DNA from: Pavona decussata
Taxonomy: Eukaryota
Reading direction: 5' to 3'
DNA: 64,000 nucleotides
Assembly: GCA_977016875.1 (NCBI GenBank)
Contig: CDRNST010000273.1
Location: forward strand, 1,426,001 to 1,490,000
Under the pieces are notes generated by a model. That model was not told the origin of the DNA. It made no database searches and saw only the letters and a list, made by a program, of their open reading frames with translations. The stretch's first letter is position 1; each line of letters begins with the position of its first letter. Shown one piece after another: positions 13,543 to 26,089 of the stretch. Made by a program: the position numbers and the translations under genes.

Positions 13543-15141
13543 AACATACAGAAGAGTGACAATATTTTATTTATTGTTTTGTATGCAAAAAAAGGTCAAT
13601 TGTAAACAGTAGATTCAAGCTCATCTAACAAGTGAATAATTAAACTCCCTAAAACTTCATATTTGATTGAAGGAAATAACTTCACCTGCATTTGTAATAA
13701 TGTCAAAAACAGAAGAAATTGTCCCCAAGTGTAACTTTAACAAGCATCTCAAATATATGTAATAAGTGTCTCTTAAAATGGATGAACAGGAGATGACGCT
13801 CTATTCCCAGTTCAGCTTTTACAAACTTGTAATTCCTGTTTAGTTCAACCTTTCTACTTCATTTTTGCATTAAGTAAGAAGTTATGTTGAGGACAGATAT
13901 TGCTAAAATAAATTTCACAAATTCGAAAAAAACCTATAAATAATAGAAGTGTCGTTAGGAATTCATGTAACAAGGTTAATTATATAATACTCTCTAAGTT
14001 GAAAGATCAATAAAACATCTGGAACAAACATTTGCAGCCTCTGAATCTAAAGCAATGGGAATGACCAGTATGTAAAGCCACCCCCCTCCCCCCGGAGGCC
14101 CATCCCAAAAAAGGAAAAAAAACAACAACAACAAACAAACAAACTTTATGAGATTACAAATACTGGCCAGGACCAAAAATTAACCCCCAAAAAATCTTGT
14201 GCCACACTTCATAACCTTAAACATTTCAGGTTAAGGTATTCCATGCCACCCTCCACCTAGCAAAGAGTAGATTTTTTTGTGTTTGTTACAAAACACAACA
14301 AAACAGGCAAGGCAAGACATTATAGTGCACATGCAAAGAAATATGCTTAACAACACGGTTTGGTTTTGAGATTTCCATCACACGCGGTACAACCACAACT
14401 ACCTGAGTTTGTCTTCTACTTCTGACCTTGACCTTTTTTTAATCTTCAAATAGATTCAAATAGAAAATATAACGAGTAGCCATGATTAAAATACAGCAAA
14501 CTCTCTGTGACACTGTCCCTTGAAAATGCATTTTTTGGAAAGTTTTAAAATATTCTTGAATTTTAAAACCAATAAAATTAATGTGGTACAAGGTTGAGTT
14601 AAAATGCTTTTTCAGGAGTAAGAGAACTTAAACAACTGAACGTGATTCAAAACATTAGAGACAAGAACGAAAGCTGTAGTATGCAACTATTCAGGAACAA
14701 CCTTTATTGATTGTTATTATTGCTTATCCATATTTCAAGTGAATATATACATTAAAATTATGACTGTGTAAATCAAAACAGAACTGGTGTTTTTTCTACA
14801 TGTACAACTACGGTAAAAATTTATTCAAATATATACATGGTTAGTTAACAATAATATAATAATTATGCAAGCCCTTTTATGCTAACATTATTTTGTGATA
14901 TTAGTGACATGATCCTTGCAGGAAAAATTGACTATATACCCATACTGTGATGGGATTCCAAACTAGTCTTGTTCCCCCAACTGATTTATCATTCTATTTT
15001 CTGTGGCTCCTCGTTAAGAGAACCCATAATCAGTAACTAAGATGTGCACTGAAATACTTCTGCCGACCAACACAGTAAACAAAAACTAGTTAATCCGATT
15101 CATTGAGTGCCTGGGAAGAGAAAAGCCCATTAGTTACCCTG

Positions 15142-15860
15142 TTTATTACACCCATTTTGAAATCACTGGTGATCCTTGCAATCTGATTGGTTCTCAACAG
15201 TGTGATTTATCCATGACTCGCACCATTTTTCCCTCTAAATTGCATCCTATTTGTAGCCCTTGGCATGGCTTACCTGCTATAGCTAATCAGATTGCAGAAA
15301 ATTAAAGGGCCAAACAAGTCATTTTGGGGGAAATTTTGCAATTTCTGTTTCCCAAATTTCCAAAAATTTATTAATATTGACCAAAAAAAAAGGTATGATT
15401 TCAAAATGGGTGTAACAACGTGGTAATTGAACTTCGTGTCGTGCAATTTTAGTCTGAAATCATACTTGTGATTATAAATTGCACTCCACTCAGTTCAATT
15501 ACCATTATTATTTATTACACCCATTTTGAAATCACTGGTGATCCCTGCAATCTGATTGGCTCTCAACAGTGCGATTTATTCCCAAATTGCACCATTTTTT
15601 GCTCTATATCACATCCTTTCTTTAGCCCATCGAAATGGCAATGAAGTAACAAAAATAGAATATTAATATTGACAATGATACTCTGTGATTTCAAAATAGG
15701 TGTTATAAAGTGGTAATTGAACTTTGTGTCGTGCAATTTTGGTCTGAAATCATACTTGTGATTTTACATTAAATTTGCGCTGCACGCTCATTTGATTTTG
15801 AAATCACGCGTATGATTTCTGACCAAATTGCACTCCACTCAGTTTGATTACCATTATTAA
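15142..15860 (+). repeat. Two tandem copies (~360 bp) of an interspersed repeat; third shorter copy at ~24880-25062
   Basis: Units run from ttattacacccattttgaaatcactggtgatcc to tgcactccactcagtt..attaccattat. Confidence 0.85.
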
Positions 15861-16166
15861 TTCATTTGAAAGCTTTAAAATTAGGAAAAATGAGTTGGTC
15901 GAGCAAACACGCAAAGTGATTCATTAGTTCAAAATATAATAAATGGGACCTTGTCTTTCACAGAAAACCATTGAATTAACTTGATCTTTCTCTCATACTA
16001 TACTGCATTTTGTACACCACAATAATAGTTTGTGAATAATATTAGAAGCTTCAGTCCATTTGCTCAACTGGACAATCAGTATTTAACGCTTTAAAAAATT
16101 CAATTATACATGACTGTGTACAGCACAAGAAAAAAGCTTTTGAAAACTATATATGCTTACCATAGT

Positions 16167-19100
16167 TCAATTAATGGTAAATCTTAGATACTTGTCCCTT
16201 TCTAATTTCTGTCCCTCTTTTAAGGAAGATGTCAAACTGTTCTTCTGTTTTTCAACAATGTTCTCATTGTGGTAAAAATCCATTAAGAAATTGTACAGAT
16301 AGTGCACTGGAAAAGACTGCATAGTTGCACTCCGTAGTCGTTTAAGATTTTTGCTGTTGTTCTGTGATTCTTGGTAACTTGTCTTTATGACATCCCTCTG
16401 GATGCACAAATCAATATTGTGAAATTCACACAAAGTTGACTTGTGTGGATTTGTGGAAGTATGAAATCTGTCACCAACTATGTACCTCCTGCTTGATTGT
16501 GTCAGTGGATGACGATGATCAGCACCCGAATTTTCTGTCTCTTGTACATGTAGCTTGTGTGCGCTAAATTCCGGAATCACAATTTCAGGAACACTGACCT
16601 ACAATGAGAGTAATACATTAAAATTAAAAGATAATTGAATGAGCCGAAGAAGTTGTGAATTAGTTACTTACAAAATACAAGAATAATGACGAGTGATGAA
16701 CATCAGTGGTAGGAATTGAACAAGTTTATTATGGCGTGCAAACCATTGTGGGAGCACTCAAAGGGTTGCTTAGTGCATTCTTAATTCGTCCCATCAAAAA
16801 CTAACGCAACCAGTCACAAGTATACCAAAAACAATCACACTGCAGGCTCGGTACTGATACTTGTTTCCCTTAATGAACATGATCAGTGCAATAGTCAACC
16901 TTTCTTGTCTCAGTTCTCACCTAGACAAATACAAAGGGTAGAGGAGAGGGGCTCTTATTTTTACCCAACAAGAGGGGTGTTTACTTGTAGGGGGCATCTA
17001 TTCAAGGGGAGGGTGCATATTTGAGGATTTACAGTAATATTAATATAAAAGCGCCATCCTGGCACCAAAAGACAAGTGAAGTGAAGTGAAATATATGACA
17101 TAGCAACTAAACTACATTTATTTGAATTAGAAAATGTAACAGATCCAAAATCTCCCTATAAAATTCTACAATCTTACTGCATGTTATAAATGAAAGGTAG
17201 TCCTGTAAAGTCTGAAAGAAAAATGACACAAAATCTAGTGAAATTCATTTATTACCTCCTTTGTTGGTTCCTTATCCAAAACTGGTTTTTCAAAGCAACC
17301 CAAGCAATCACCCCACAACTGTGATGCCACCTCTGGAACTCTTAAGTCAAGATGCCGAGAAAATCCACAAGGAGTGTCATTGACCAGGAGCACTGGTGGG
17401 TACTTTAAAGAAAGGTATAAATCAGCCGCATCTCTTACTGACTCTTGTAGGAGAAGGAACTTGGATGCAACGGTTGTCTAGATTGAAATAGAATTATACA
17501 TTGTAAATGAATGAAGTTACATCTCGATAATGATCCAAGCAAGTTAAAGGAAACAGAAAAAATGGGGCAGGACACAAATTGAGCATCACATAATCTCAAC
17601 ATTCAATCATGTTTTACGTACAAATATGTGAAAGTTCAGTCACGAAATAATTTGAACCTTACCCCATGTCGACAAACCATGTGATAAAAGCCACCTGTGT
17701 GACCACAAACTTGTGTAAACCCATGGCAAGGTGAAGAGCCAGTCAGCAATGAGGAGTAAAGGGCCTGTAATGCCCCAACCAGCAGTGCCTAAAATAACAA
17801 ATATTTACCCATTTAACAAGCACTCGACAGTAACTTTTGAATGAAATGAAACTTTAAAGGTACACTATCATCTTGAACACAAATTGATAAATACCTTAGA
17901 GAGCTTGGCAAACTTCTCTATCTTACAATCCCCGCAAATAGCCCGCAATTCCTGTAATGTCATATTTTCCAATGATGCCATATTAATACGTTTGTTCTTA
18001 ATGAGTTGATGCAAAAGCATTGGATCTCCTAGGGAACAATGAAAAATACTAGAATTAAATCATGTTTACCCTTTAAAGTGCCTATATGTGCTTTTAAAAG
18101 CAACTTTAGACATGTTTCACTTTATTGTCACTGTGCCAAGATATAGAGCACATATTATATAACTACTGTAGAGGAGAAATACAGTAATAAATCCGCCAAA
18201 TGGAACTGTTTAAACAGTGACCATGTGCGCTTAATAGAGGGGATCAACCATTTATAGAGGTCGAGCTGACATTTAAAACAATATGTTACCCCTTTGATGA
18301 GCAACGGCTGATGATCAAAGTGCTTGTTTTAATTACAAGCTAATACTTTGATTCACTAATACTTAAATACCAGTTAATACTCCAAGTATAGAAATGCAAA
18401 TTGCAATCTCATTTGTCAAGCCCACATTAAATTGTCAACAAAATCCATATGGAAGATGAATTAAACTATAAAACATGTACTAACATGCATTAAGTAACAC
18501 ATTTAGTTCACTCAATTAAATTACGCTGTAGGTAAAATTTTATGATGTTTAAATATTAAATAATAATGAAAACTAGTAGAATTACATGTACTTACCATTA
18601 ATTTTGTCTTTTTCAAAGAATTTGCCTCCAAGATACACACTTTTCTTTTTCATCTCAGTGTTGAAAATCTGCTCTGCCCTCATACTAGGAGCAATAATAG
18701 GGGGAACCCTGGCAGCCTTTATAGTGTTGTCTTGTTGTGAAGTTGTATAGCTCACTCTCTCTACAAAGATTGACTTCAGATGTCCAAGAAATTCTTCCAA
18801 AGATGGGAGCTGTTCAGCCTCACCTGAAACTTCATCCTGCTGTTGATAATCAACCTGGAATTGAGATCAGTTAAATAGAGTTAATANNNNNNNNNNNNNN
18901 NNNNNNNNNNNNNNNNNNNNNNNNNNNNNNNNNNNNNNNNNNNNNNNNNNNNNNNNNNNNNNNNNNNNNNNNNNNNNNNNNNNNNNNNNNNNNNNNNNNN
19001 NNNNNNNNNNNNNNNNNNNNNNNNNNNNNNNNNNNNNNNNNNNNNNNNNNNNNNNNNNNNNNNNNNNNNNNNNNNNNNNNNNNNTATTGTACATGATGTA

Positions 19101-22100
19101 ACTTAGCTGTCATGGTAAATTCAAGAAGCTGATACAGAAGTTTTGAGCATATTGGCTCAGTTCATGGGAGTTCTTTCAAGTTACTACCAAGAAGGGCTAA
19201 TGCTCAAGAAGTAATATTTAGCGTAACTTAAACTTAGAGCAGCCTTGCAAGCACTAGCAGATGTGACAAAAAGTTTCACTTACCGCATCTATGCTACAGC
19301 AATTTTTTTCATTGCCATCACCAAAATAAACATGGCCGACCACACCACATATGCCACAAATTACATTATCTAAGCAACGATTAGAAAGTAATTCAAAGGC
19401 ATAGAATCCATTGTATAGAAGTCCAGCAATGTACTTGCACTCATTATCAGTAACCTGCAACTGTAAATTACACAAATACACTTGTTACAAGTTTGTTGGA
19501 AAATACATAATTTATATTTATCAACACAGTTTATTAACAAATTGATTTGAGCAAGGATGACATCTTGTATATACAATTAGTAAAAATAAAGCTCCAATTA
19601 TGTGCTGACCTATAAATAGATCAGTTCACTCAAGGAAAAAGAAAAGATACTAAAAACAAGGCATACCTGGCCACACTTGCACCATCCAGCAAGGCTGCTT
19701 TCAATAGCAACGGTCAATGGCACTCCACGCTTGAACAGCTCTCTCCACTGCACAAGAAGTTCCAGGGCAACAAGAAGTTTGTCCGATATGTTAAATAGCC
19801 CTTTAATAAAAACACAAAAATTTATTATTTCAGTATGGAATTTTTAGGATAAATGGGATAATTAAAATTTTGTTCAAAAAATAAATTTTAAGTCACAGTG
19901 TATATTTTTTTCTGGGGGGGGGGGGGAGTGGGGTTGGTTGTTGAATGGCATTACATGCTCAAATCAATCACAGTATCAAAAATTGCTGACCTTTATTATC
20001 CAATTAGACTTGTTAAAATATCATGATTAGGTATAGTCGCTGCAAAAAAATACCCAGGTACAAGAATATTTCTACTTGTCTCTATGGAATGCACACATTA
20101 TACAATATCTGTCATGGGTTGAGTGTATTTTTCACACCCCAACAGGGTTGGATAATAAATAACTTACAAGACATTTTAACTCTTTTATACTAAACAGACC
20201 ACACAGAAGTTCATACTAAACGAAACTGTGCAATCATGTATGTGAACTTAATATTAGAAATACTTTATATTTTTATTGAATAATCTAGTATGATTTCTGT
20301 TTTCTATGGCACATTCATTTCATTACTGTTTTTCTGCATTTTTTCTGTTATCTAAATGAAATCAATATGTTACTGTACCTTGCTCTACAGGCCATACTTG
20401 ATGCATGGCCTTGCAATTCCTGTTTGTGCAGATCTTGACTTTTACATCAACAGTTTGGAAACTGCAAGGTGTCACAATGTACGACCGATCATTGTGCCCC
20501 TGACCTGGATGTCTTTGTGCTGACGTCAAGGCACTTCCACACAGTTCGCATTGGATTGACTCCGGAACAAAATGATCTGGCCAGTTGTTCCCATGCTCAC
20601 CGTGGGCTCTAAAATACTCCTGTGGCACAGGATATGGAATAGACCTCTTGAGATTCATCTGCAAGGTAGACATCCTTCCTACAGACGTGCTTGTAGAACT
20701 TGATGACTGTGCTGTTATGGCTACCTCACTGGAACTAGCGCTTGGTGGAAAAGGAACAGCCTTAGCGAAATCTGGTGATGACAACTTGAGGCTGCAAAAC
20801 AGGACATGCAAATGGATGCATATTTTCTTGCTCTTTAGGAGGGGAGAGGAACGGTTTAGGGAGGAGGGAGAGACGGCCAAAAAAGATAGGGAGGAGGGAG
20901 AAAGGAAGCAAAAAAAATAGGGAGACGGGAGAACCAGCATAAAAAGGGAGGACGGAGGATCCTCTTTAAATAAATGTGGCATGAATGTTTAAGGCCTTAG
21001 TAGCTCATTTCCCTGTATTTTTCCCGCGAACTTTTTTTAGTAGCAGCTCACGGCTGGTTCGCTATACAGACAAATGTATGGAAAGTTCAAAACACGACTG
21101 AACGCTTTCTGTCACAGCTACATCCCTCCAACATTTTTCTTAAAATCCTTTTCCTAGTGCCAAAAGTTTCCAATTCATGAATTTTTCAGAAGCGATGTTT
21201 TATGAAAATTATTTGACATCGGATTTCCATACAAACACTGTTACTTCAAGCCTGTTTGCCTACTCGTCAAAATGGTCCAAAATGGCGTCGAAAACCGTGA
21301 TAAGGCCTATTTCAAACATCCAATTCACTTTCCTTTACACATGTGTAACAAGGGCGAAAGATTTTTAAAAAAAAAATCAATTTTTTACGTGCGCACGCAC
21401 TTCAAACCGACGGAAACTTTCCAGTTCAGGCTTTGTCAAAGGCGAAGCCTTAACACTTCTCAGAAAAAACTCTTCAAAAAGAACATTTGAAGAAAATATT
21501 ACTCTATTCAACCAGAGATTACGCTACAGAAGTTACCCCTATAACCTTAAAGATAAAACTCTCTCAGAAGTCAATTTCATCGAAAGAATGTTGGCCCCGG
21601 AGTAAAAAAACAAACAAAAAAGGCGCAGAAACATTCTGCCGTTTGTTACAGGATATCGCCCTTGTGTGCTAACCTAAAAGCCATTCAGATGAGTAAATAG
21701 CACTTGATAGAAAATCAGCCTCTTCTAAGAGAGATCTTCAAAGACCCTTCCCTACTTTCGTACAGAAAAGGGAGATCTTTGAAAGAGGTACTCGTAAGAG
21801 CAAATTAGCTTTGAAGGTCATATTCTTCCTATCTCGACCAATAGGAGCCTTGTTTGGCCTGTAATCATTATTTTACCATCTTTACACGGTTAAATGTTGT
21901 AAACATGAAAGCTTCAAGCTTACGTGACAAAACCGAAAGGTAGTATGGGAAGAACGGGATATAACGACATGACAAACGTGTTTGGTATGTCAAGATGTGG
22001 AAACGAGGCACTGCGGTGAAGTAGCAAATAAAATAAGCCTCTTAAAAGACTTATCAGGGAGAAAGGTGAAAAATCAGGGAGGAGGGAGAAACGGCCAAAA

Positions 22101-23780
22101 AAATTAGGGAGGAGGGAGAAAAATAGGGAAAAAAATAAGGAGAAAAGAAATTTAACTGCCCGTTCCTCTCCCCTCCTTTAGCTGCTTGCTGTTGCCAGTT
22201 TTCCTGTTACAGGAACTGTTCGAACATGACCAATGCCCATCTTCCTGCCTCTGGACATGGCAATACCCAGTCGGGTTAACTGTGCATGGAGCAGTGAAAA
22301 CCACAAAACAATGCTCAGAAATTTGCACAATGTGACGGAAGTCTTGTGGTGGCTTTATGTTGCGCAAAAGATCCTTTGTTGAGCTGTCACAATGATACAT
22401 TTTGATGTCTTCCTCCGTCAAGTTCCTGGCCGATGAAGGATCACAGAATGACTTGGTTGACTCTGTATGTGCACACGAAAAGCTGGTTTTACTTGCTACA
22501 TGAACAGCTCTTTTCTTTTTACACTTCTGGTGATGGCAAACGACATCAGTTTTTGACTTTACAACAACCGTCCTGTTGTCGCGATAACTTAACTTGACGG
22601 AAAATACTTCAATTTCACTGCCTTCTACTATCCTTACACAGCCATCTGGTGAACCCAGGCGAGGCTTCTTTGACTTTGGCACATATGAGCCACCAATTTC
22701 GAAACCACATTCTTTGCAATTCTTCGGTTTCCAGGCATTGGAATAAATGAAAGAACAACTGGGGCATTGTCCTCTACCTCTAGATGTCCAATTTGGAGCT
22801 TTACCCTAGACGAAAGCAATTAAAAAAAAAAGGAATGCTTAACAGGAAAAAAAGAGCATCAGATGACATATAAGGACGGTAAAAACTAAATTAAATACAG
22901 AAGTATTTTTGCGCGGTTTATGACTATGCGGGAAACGGCATCGTCGGCGATTTCCGCGCGATATAACAGGATAATTGTTGAATAGTTGCAACGAAGTGCA
23001 AAATATAAAGTGGCCGCGTGTTCTGTTAAAGTTATCTTAACTTATCATATACGTCAAATATATGTCAAAAAGGCATTTCATTCTCATTTCAATTTGAAAT
23101 AGACTTTGAGAATTGCTGTCTTTAAAATCGCTGCTTTGACATCGCTCATCTCATCTTCGAACATCGATCATCGCATCTTCGATCGGAAATACCATACAAA
23201 GTCTCACATCTAGCAAAGCATGAGTGACAGTTTGACATGACTTAAACACAGAAAAACTAACATTGAACGAAAGAGATAAATCCACAAAAAAGACTTAAAA
23301 TAGATCATGACATATAAGGACGGTACCTACTAGTACAGAAGTATTTTTGCGCGGTTTATGACTATGCGGGAAACGGCATCGTCGGCGATTTCGCGCGATA
23401 TAACAGGATAATTGTTGAATAGTTGCAACGAAGTGCAAAATTATAAAGTGGCCGCGTGTTCTGCTAAAGTTATCTAAACTTATCATATACGTCAAATATA
23501 TGTCAAAAAGGCATTTCATTCTCATTATCGATTTGAAATAGACTTTGAGAATTGCAGTTTTTAAAATCGCCGCCTTGACATCACTCATCTCATCTTCGAA
23601 CATCGCAGCTTCGATTTCTTCGAAAATACCCATACTCAAATCTAGCAAAGCATGACTGACAGTTTGATATGAGTAACTTATACACAGAAAAACTAACATT
23701 GAACGAAAGAGTTGAATCCACAAAAAAGACTTTTGTTGATACTAAATACAACACTACTAACTCACCGCATTCGTCGCCAT
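16167..23780 (-). CDS. HMGXB3-like KDZ-class transposase (no HMG box), 9 exons, ~858 aa once the 20838-22176 insertion is removed
   Basis: Exons 23780-23766, 22805-22177 plus 20833-20379, 19800-19667, 19454-19284, 18854-18596, 18028-17895, 17788-17663, 17477-17256 and 16598-16167 total 2577 nt in phase. Motifs recalled from the HMGXB3 C-terminal half: SRGRGQCPSC..KPKNCKECGFEIGG, GLFNISDKLLVALELL, GFYAFE...ICGICGV, FNTE, TGGFYHMVCRHG..SKFLLLQESVRD, HYLYNFLMDF. KDZ-type catalytic motifs: DGN, NDTPC, DRFH, QESQN. Confidence 0.8.
18887..19084. other. Assembly gap (N run) within an intron
   Basis: Run of N; the flanking exons join in phase across it. Confidence 0.99.
20838..22176. mobile_element. 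1339-bp non-autonomous DNA transposon inserted in a coding exon
   Basis: Perfect 17-bp TIRs GGAGGGGAGAGGAACGG / CCGTTCCTCTCCCCTCC and TTTA duplicated on both sides. Removal restores ...SKQLK|SKKIC... in frame. Confidence 0.92.
21340..21880 (+). mobile_element. Penelope-like retroelement fragment (RT C-terminal region), nested in the TIR element
   Basis: Frameshifted KGERF...VRTHFKPTETFQ...GFVKGEAL..L..NSSKRTFEENI...NQPLLREIFKDP....YRKGRSLKEVLVRA. Confidence 0.8.
22863..23732. repeat. ~440-bp tandem duplication in intron 1 of the KDZ transposase gene
   Basis: Units 22863-23296 and 23307-23732 (atgacatataaggacggta ... tccacaaaaaagactt) are highly similar with small indels. Confidence 0.92.
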
Positions 23781-23997
23781 TTGTCTGGTACACGGGTATT
23801 GTGTCACGTAAACCACTACATATCGAGTGATTCCCACTACATATCGAGTGATTTCATTGGTTTATTGGAAACAAATAAATATATATCGAACGATCCCATT
23901 GGTCTATTATGCCGCTACAAGTCGGTACAGGAAGTGCCGTGAAAACCAATGAGGAGGCCGGTTTGGAATAGTGCCGGATTACGGGTTTTGTTGTATG
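23781..23997 (-). promoter_or_regulatory. Putative promoter/subterminal region of the KDZ transposase gene
   Basis: Several CCAAT/ATTGG boxes and a 21-bp direct repeat (ccactacatatcgagtgatt x2) directly upstream of aaATGGCG. Confidence 0.4.
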
Positions 23998-24154
23998 CCT
24001 CGTCCCCAGAGCCGCCTGGTCCTCTTAGCCGCTGGAGGCTGGGCACGAGGACCAAGTGGCTCTGGGGACACAGAATTGCGGAAGTCCTAGATTCTAGGAC
24101 TTCCGGTATTCATGTATGAAGTCTTGAAATGTCATTAAATTTAGTGAGAATAAC

Positions 24155-24635
24155 ATGGCGGCTGCTAGAGGCGATAGGTTTATTGAGATACTGGCGAATG
24201 TTCTGCGTCTCCTTATTTTGAAATCGATTTCTCTTCGTGAGCAGCTTCCAGGAACGCAATTAGAATTATCGTCGAAAAAAGGAGGGATGTGTCAGGTGTC
24301 TCTGCCTTCGACAAATCCTTGATATTCCAGCTTTTGCCCTTTGTTTTGACCCATGGCTTGAGGTCAGTGACTGCATTATTTTGGTCGCATCGCCGTTGAA
24401 TGTGCTGATATGGGATCAGATATCAAACTTGACAGCATGAAACTACCATCTGCAATGATTCTTTGAGGCGAATCGCTAGACTTCTCTGTATCCCAAATGG
24501 AAGGAATATTAAGTATATTTAAGTTTATTGAAAAAAAAAAAAAAAAAAAAGCAGGTTTTGGACAGTGGTGATCGAGATTAAGGAAAAGATCAAAGCAGCT
24601 GTAGTTGATGACGCACATCTCATTAAAGAATGGTA
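24155..24635 (+). pseudogene. RecQ-family (DEAH-box) helicase remnant
   Basis: Degenerate motif I (FDKSLIFQLLPF), Ia (VASPLNVLIWDQIS) and II (AAVVDDAHLIKEW) in the correct order, with frameshifts. Confidence 0.7.
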
Positions 24636-25069
24636 ACAAGTTTTATTCTTCTTCTTTTCACAATAAACATATAGGTACTCTAGAACTATATACTTTGTGA
24701 TCAGCCTAAATCACACTATACAAACCTGTGAGGGTTAATCTTGTACAATGTTATGCAAATCATTAATGGGAAAATGACTACAGTATGTTGGCATTTTTAG
24801 GATGGACCTGGCGTTTCGAGGGCTCAATTTATAATAAAGATGGACCATCTGATGGATCATTCAATTATATGTTTCTATGTTTATTACACCTATTTTAAAA
24901 TCACTGGTGATCCTTATATATAAATAACCACTTGAAAAACGGGTTTCTTGAAGCAAATCAATAAATATTAACATTGACAAAAAGAAATGTGATCTCAAAA
25001 TGGGTGTAATAAATTACTAAATATTGAACTTTGCACTCCACTCAGTTCTATTAACAATTATTAAAAACT

Positions 25070-25301
25070 GAATCATGGTATAATGCAATTTGAGGGATTT
25101 GATTGGCTTAGCGGCTATGGTATATGAGCCATAATACCATGGCCGAGAAGTGGCGACCATTAAATTGTCTGCTGGTTATTCTTGCACTGCGAAATCAGCA
25201 AGATCTAGCAATATTTCTTCATTGTTTTTAATAAAACAATTATTCCACTTGCGCTTGTTGGATACGAGATTATTATAGCCAACTCGGCGCTACGCGCCTC
25301 A

Positions 25302-25332
<31 letters not shown>

Positions 25333-25352
25333 GCTCGTGGAATAATTGTTAA
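25070..25352. repeat. Interspersed repeat with terminal hairpin (Crypton-type non-autonomous element)
   Basis: Inverted repeat aacaattattccacttgcgcttgttggatacgagat ... atctcatatccaacgcgcgctcgtggaataattgtt. Family label is from memory. Confidence 0.55.
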
Positions 25353-26089
25353 TTATACTTTTAATAATTTTAATACATGAATGTCAGTAGAAGGATAATC
25401 TGTGCCCATACTGTTTTACACAGATGACTGATTATCAGGCAAACTAGTAGCACTCCATCTCTAGCATGTATGCCTGCAAATTAACTACCATACAGATTCA
25501 TCGGGTTGGATTATCCATCTCTGTTATAAATTCACCCATTTTGACTTCAGCACACATTAACTCATTCACTTCTTATATTACACATTGACATTTGTGTGTT
25601 TAATGTGTCTGTAGCCTTCAAGAGACTTATTTCGAGTTCATTGGGTTCAATGAGTGTTCCAAATATTAGGAAAATTAAAAAGAGGAAAAGTTGTTCTAAA
25701 AAAGACAAAATGTTGAATGCAATTTCTATTATGACATAAAATGCAATGAATTTTCATATTTTTAGTGACCCTCTTTTTATGTCTCAAAGATAATTCTAAC
25801 AGTATTAGATTGGAAGGGATGGCAGTTCACATGTAAATTATTTGTGTTGCCCTCTTCCACTTTCAAGTAGCTAATTTCCCAAATTCCGCCACCAACCCCT
25901 CCCCCCCCCCCCCGAAAGAAAAAAACAATCAAAAAATGGATGTTGCAAAACTTAATAATATTCATAGGGAAATAATTATTTTTAGACCTGTTCCTAGGTA
26001 TGCTAAGTGTCATGTTTCCAAATGTACATATAGTTGAACTGACAGTAACAGCAACAGAGAAAACAAGAGATATAAGTTCAAATTCCTTA

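Larger units (their letters stand above)
8579..23997. mobile_element. Putative large KDZ/Zisupton-class transposon with convergent transposase and PHD genes; right end ~23997, left end outside the window
   Basis: A transposase gene with a compact promoter, then an abrupt junction ...gggttttgttgtatg|cctcgtccccagagcc (terminus 5'-CATACAACAAAACCCG on the minus strand). Membership of the PHD gene is inferred. Confidence 0.5.

Noticed and set aside
20838-20982. N-terminal part of the 206-aa ORF 20362-20982
   Set aside because: It reads through the inserted TIR element; only the part from KSKKIC onward belongs to the gene.
16167-23780. Assigning the gene symbol HMGXB3
   Set aside because: No HMG box, catalytic residues retained and a TE-like context; orthology is not shown.
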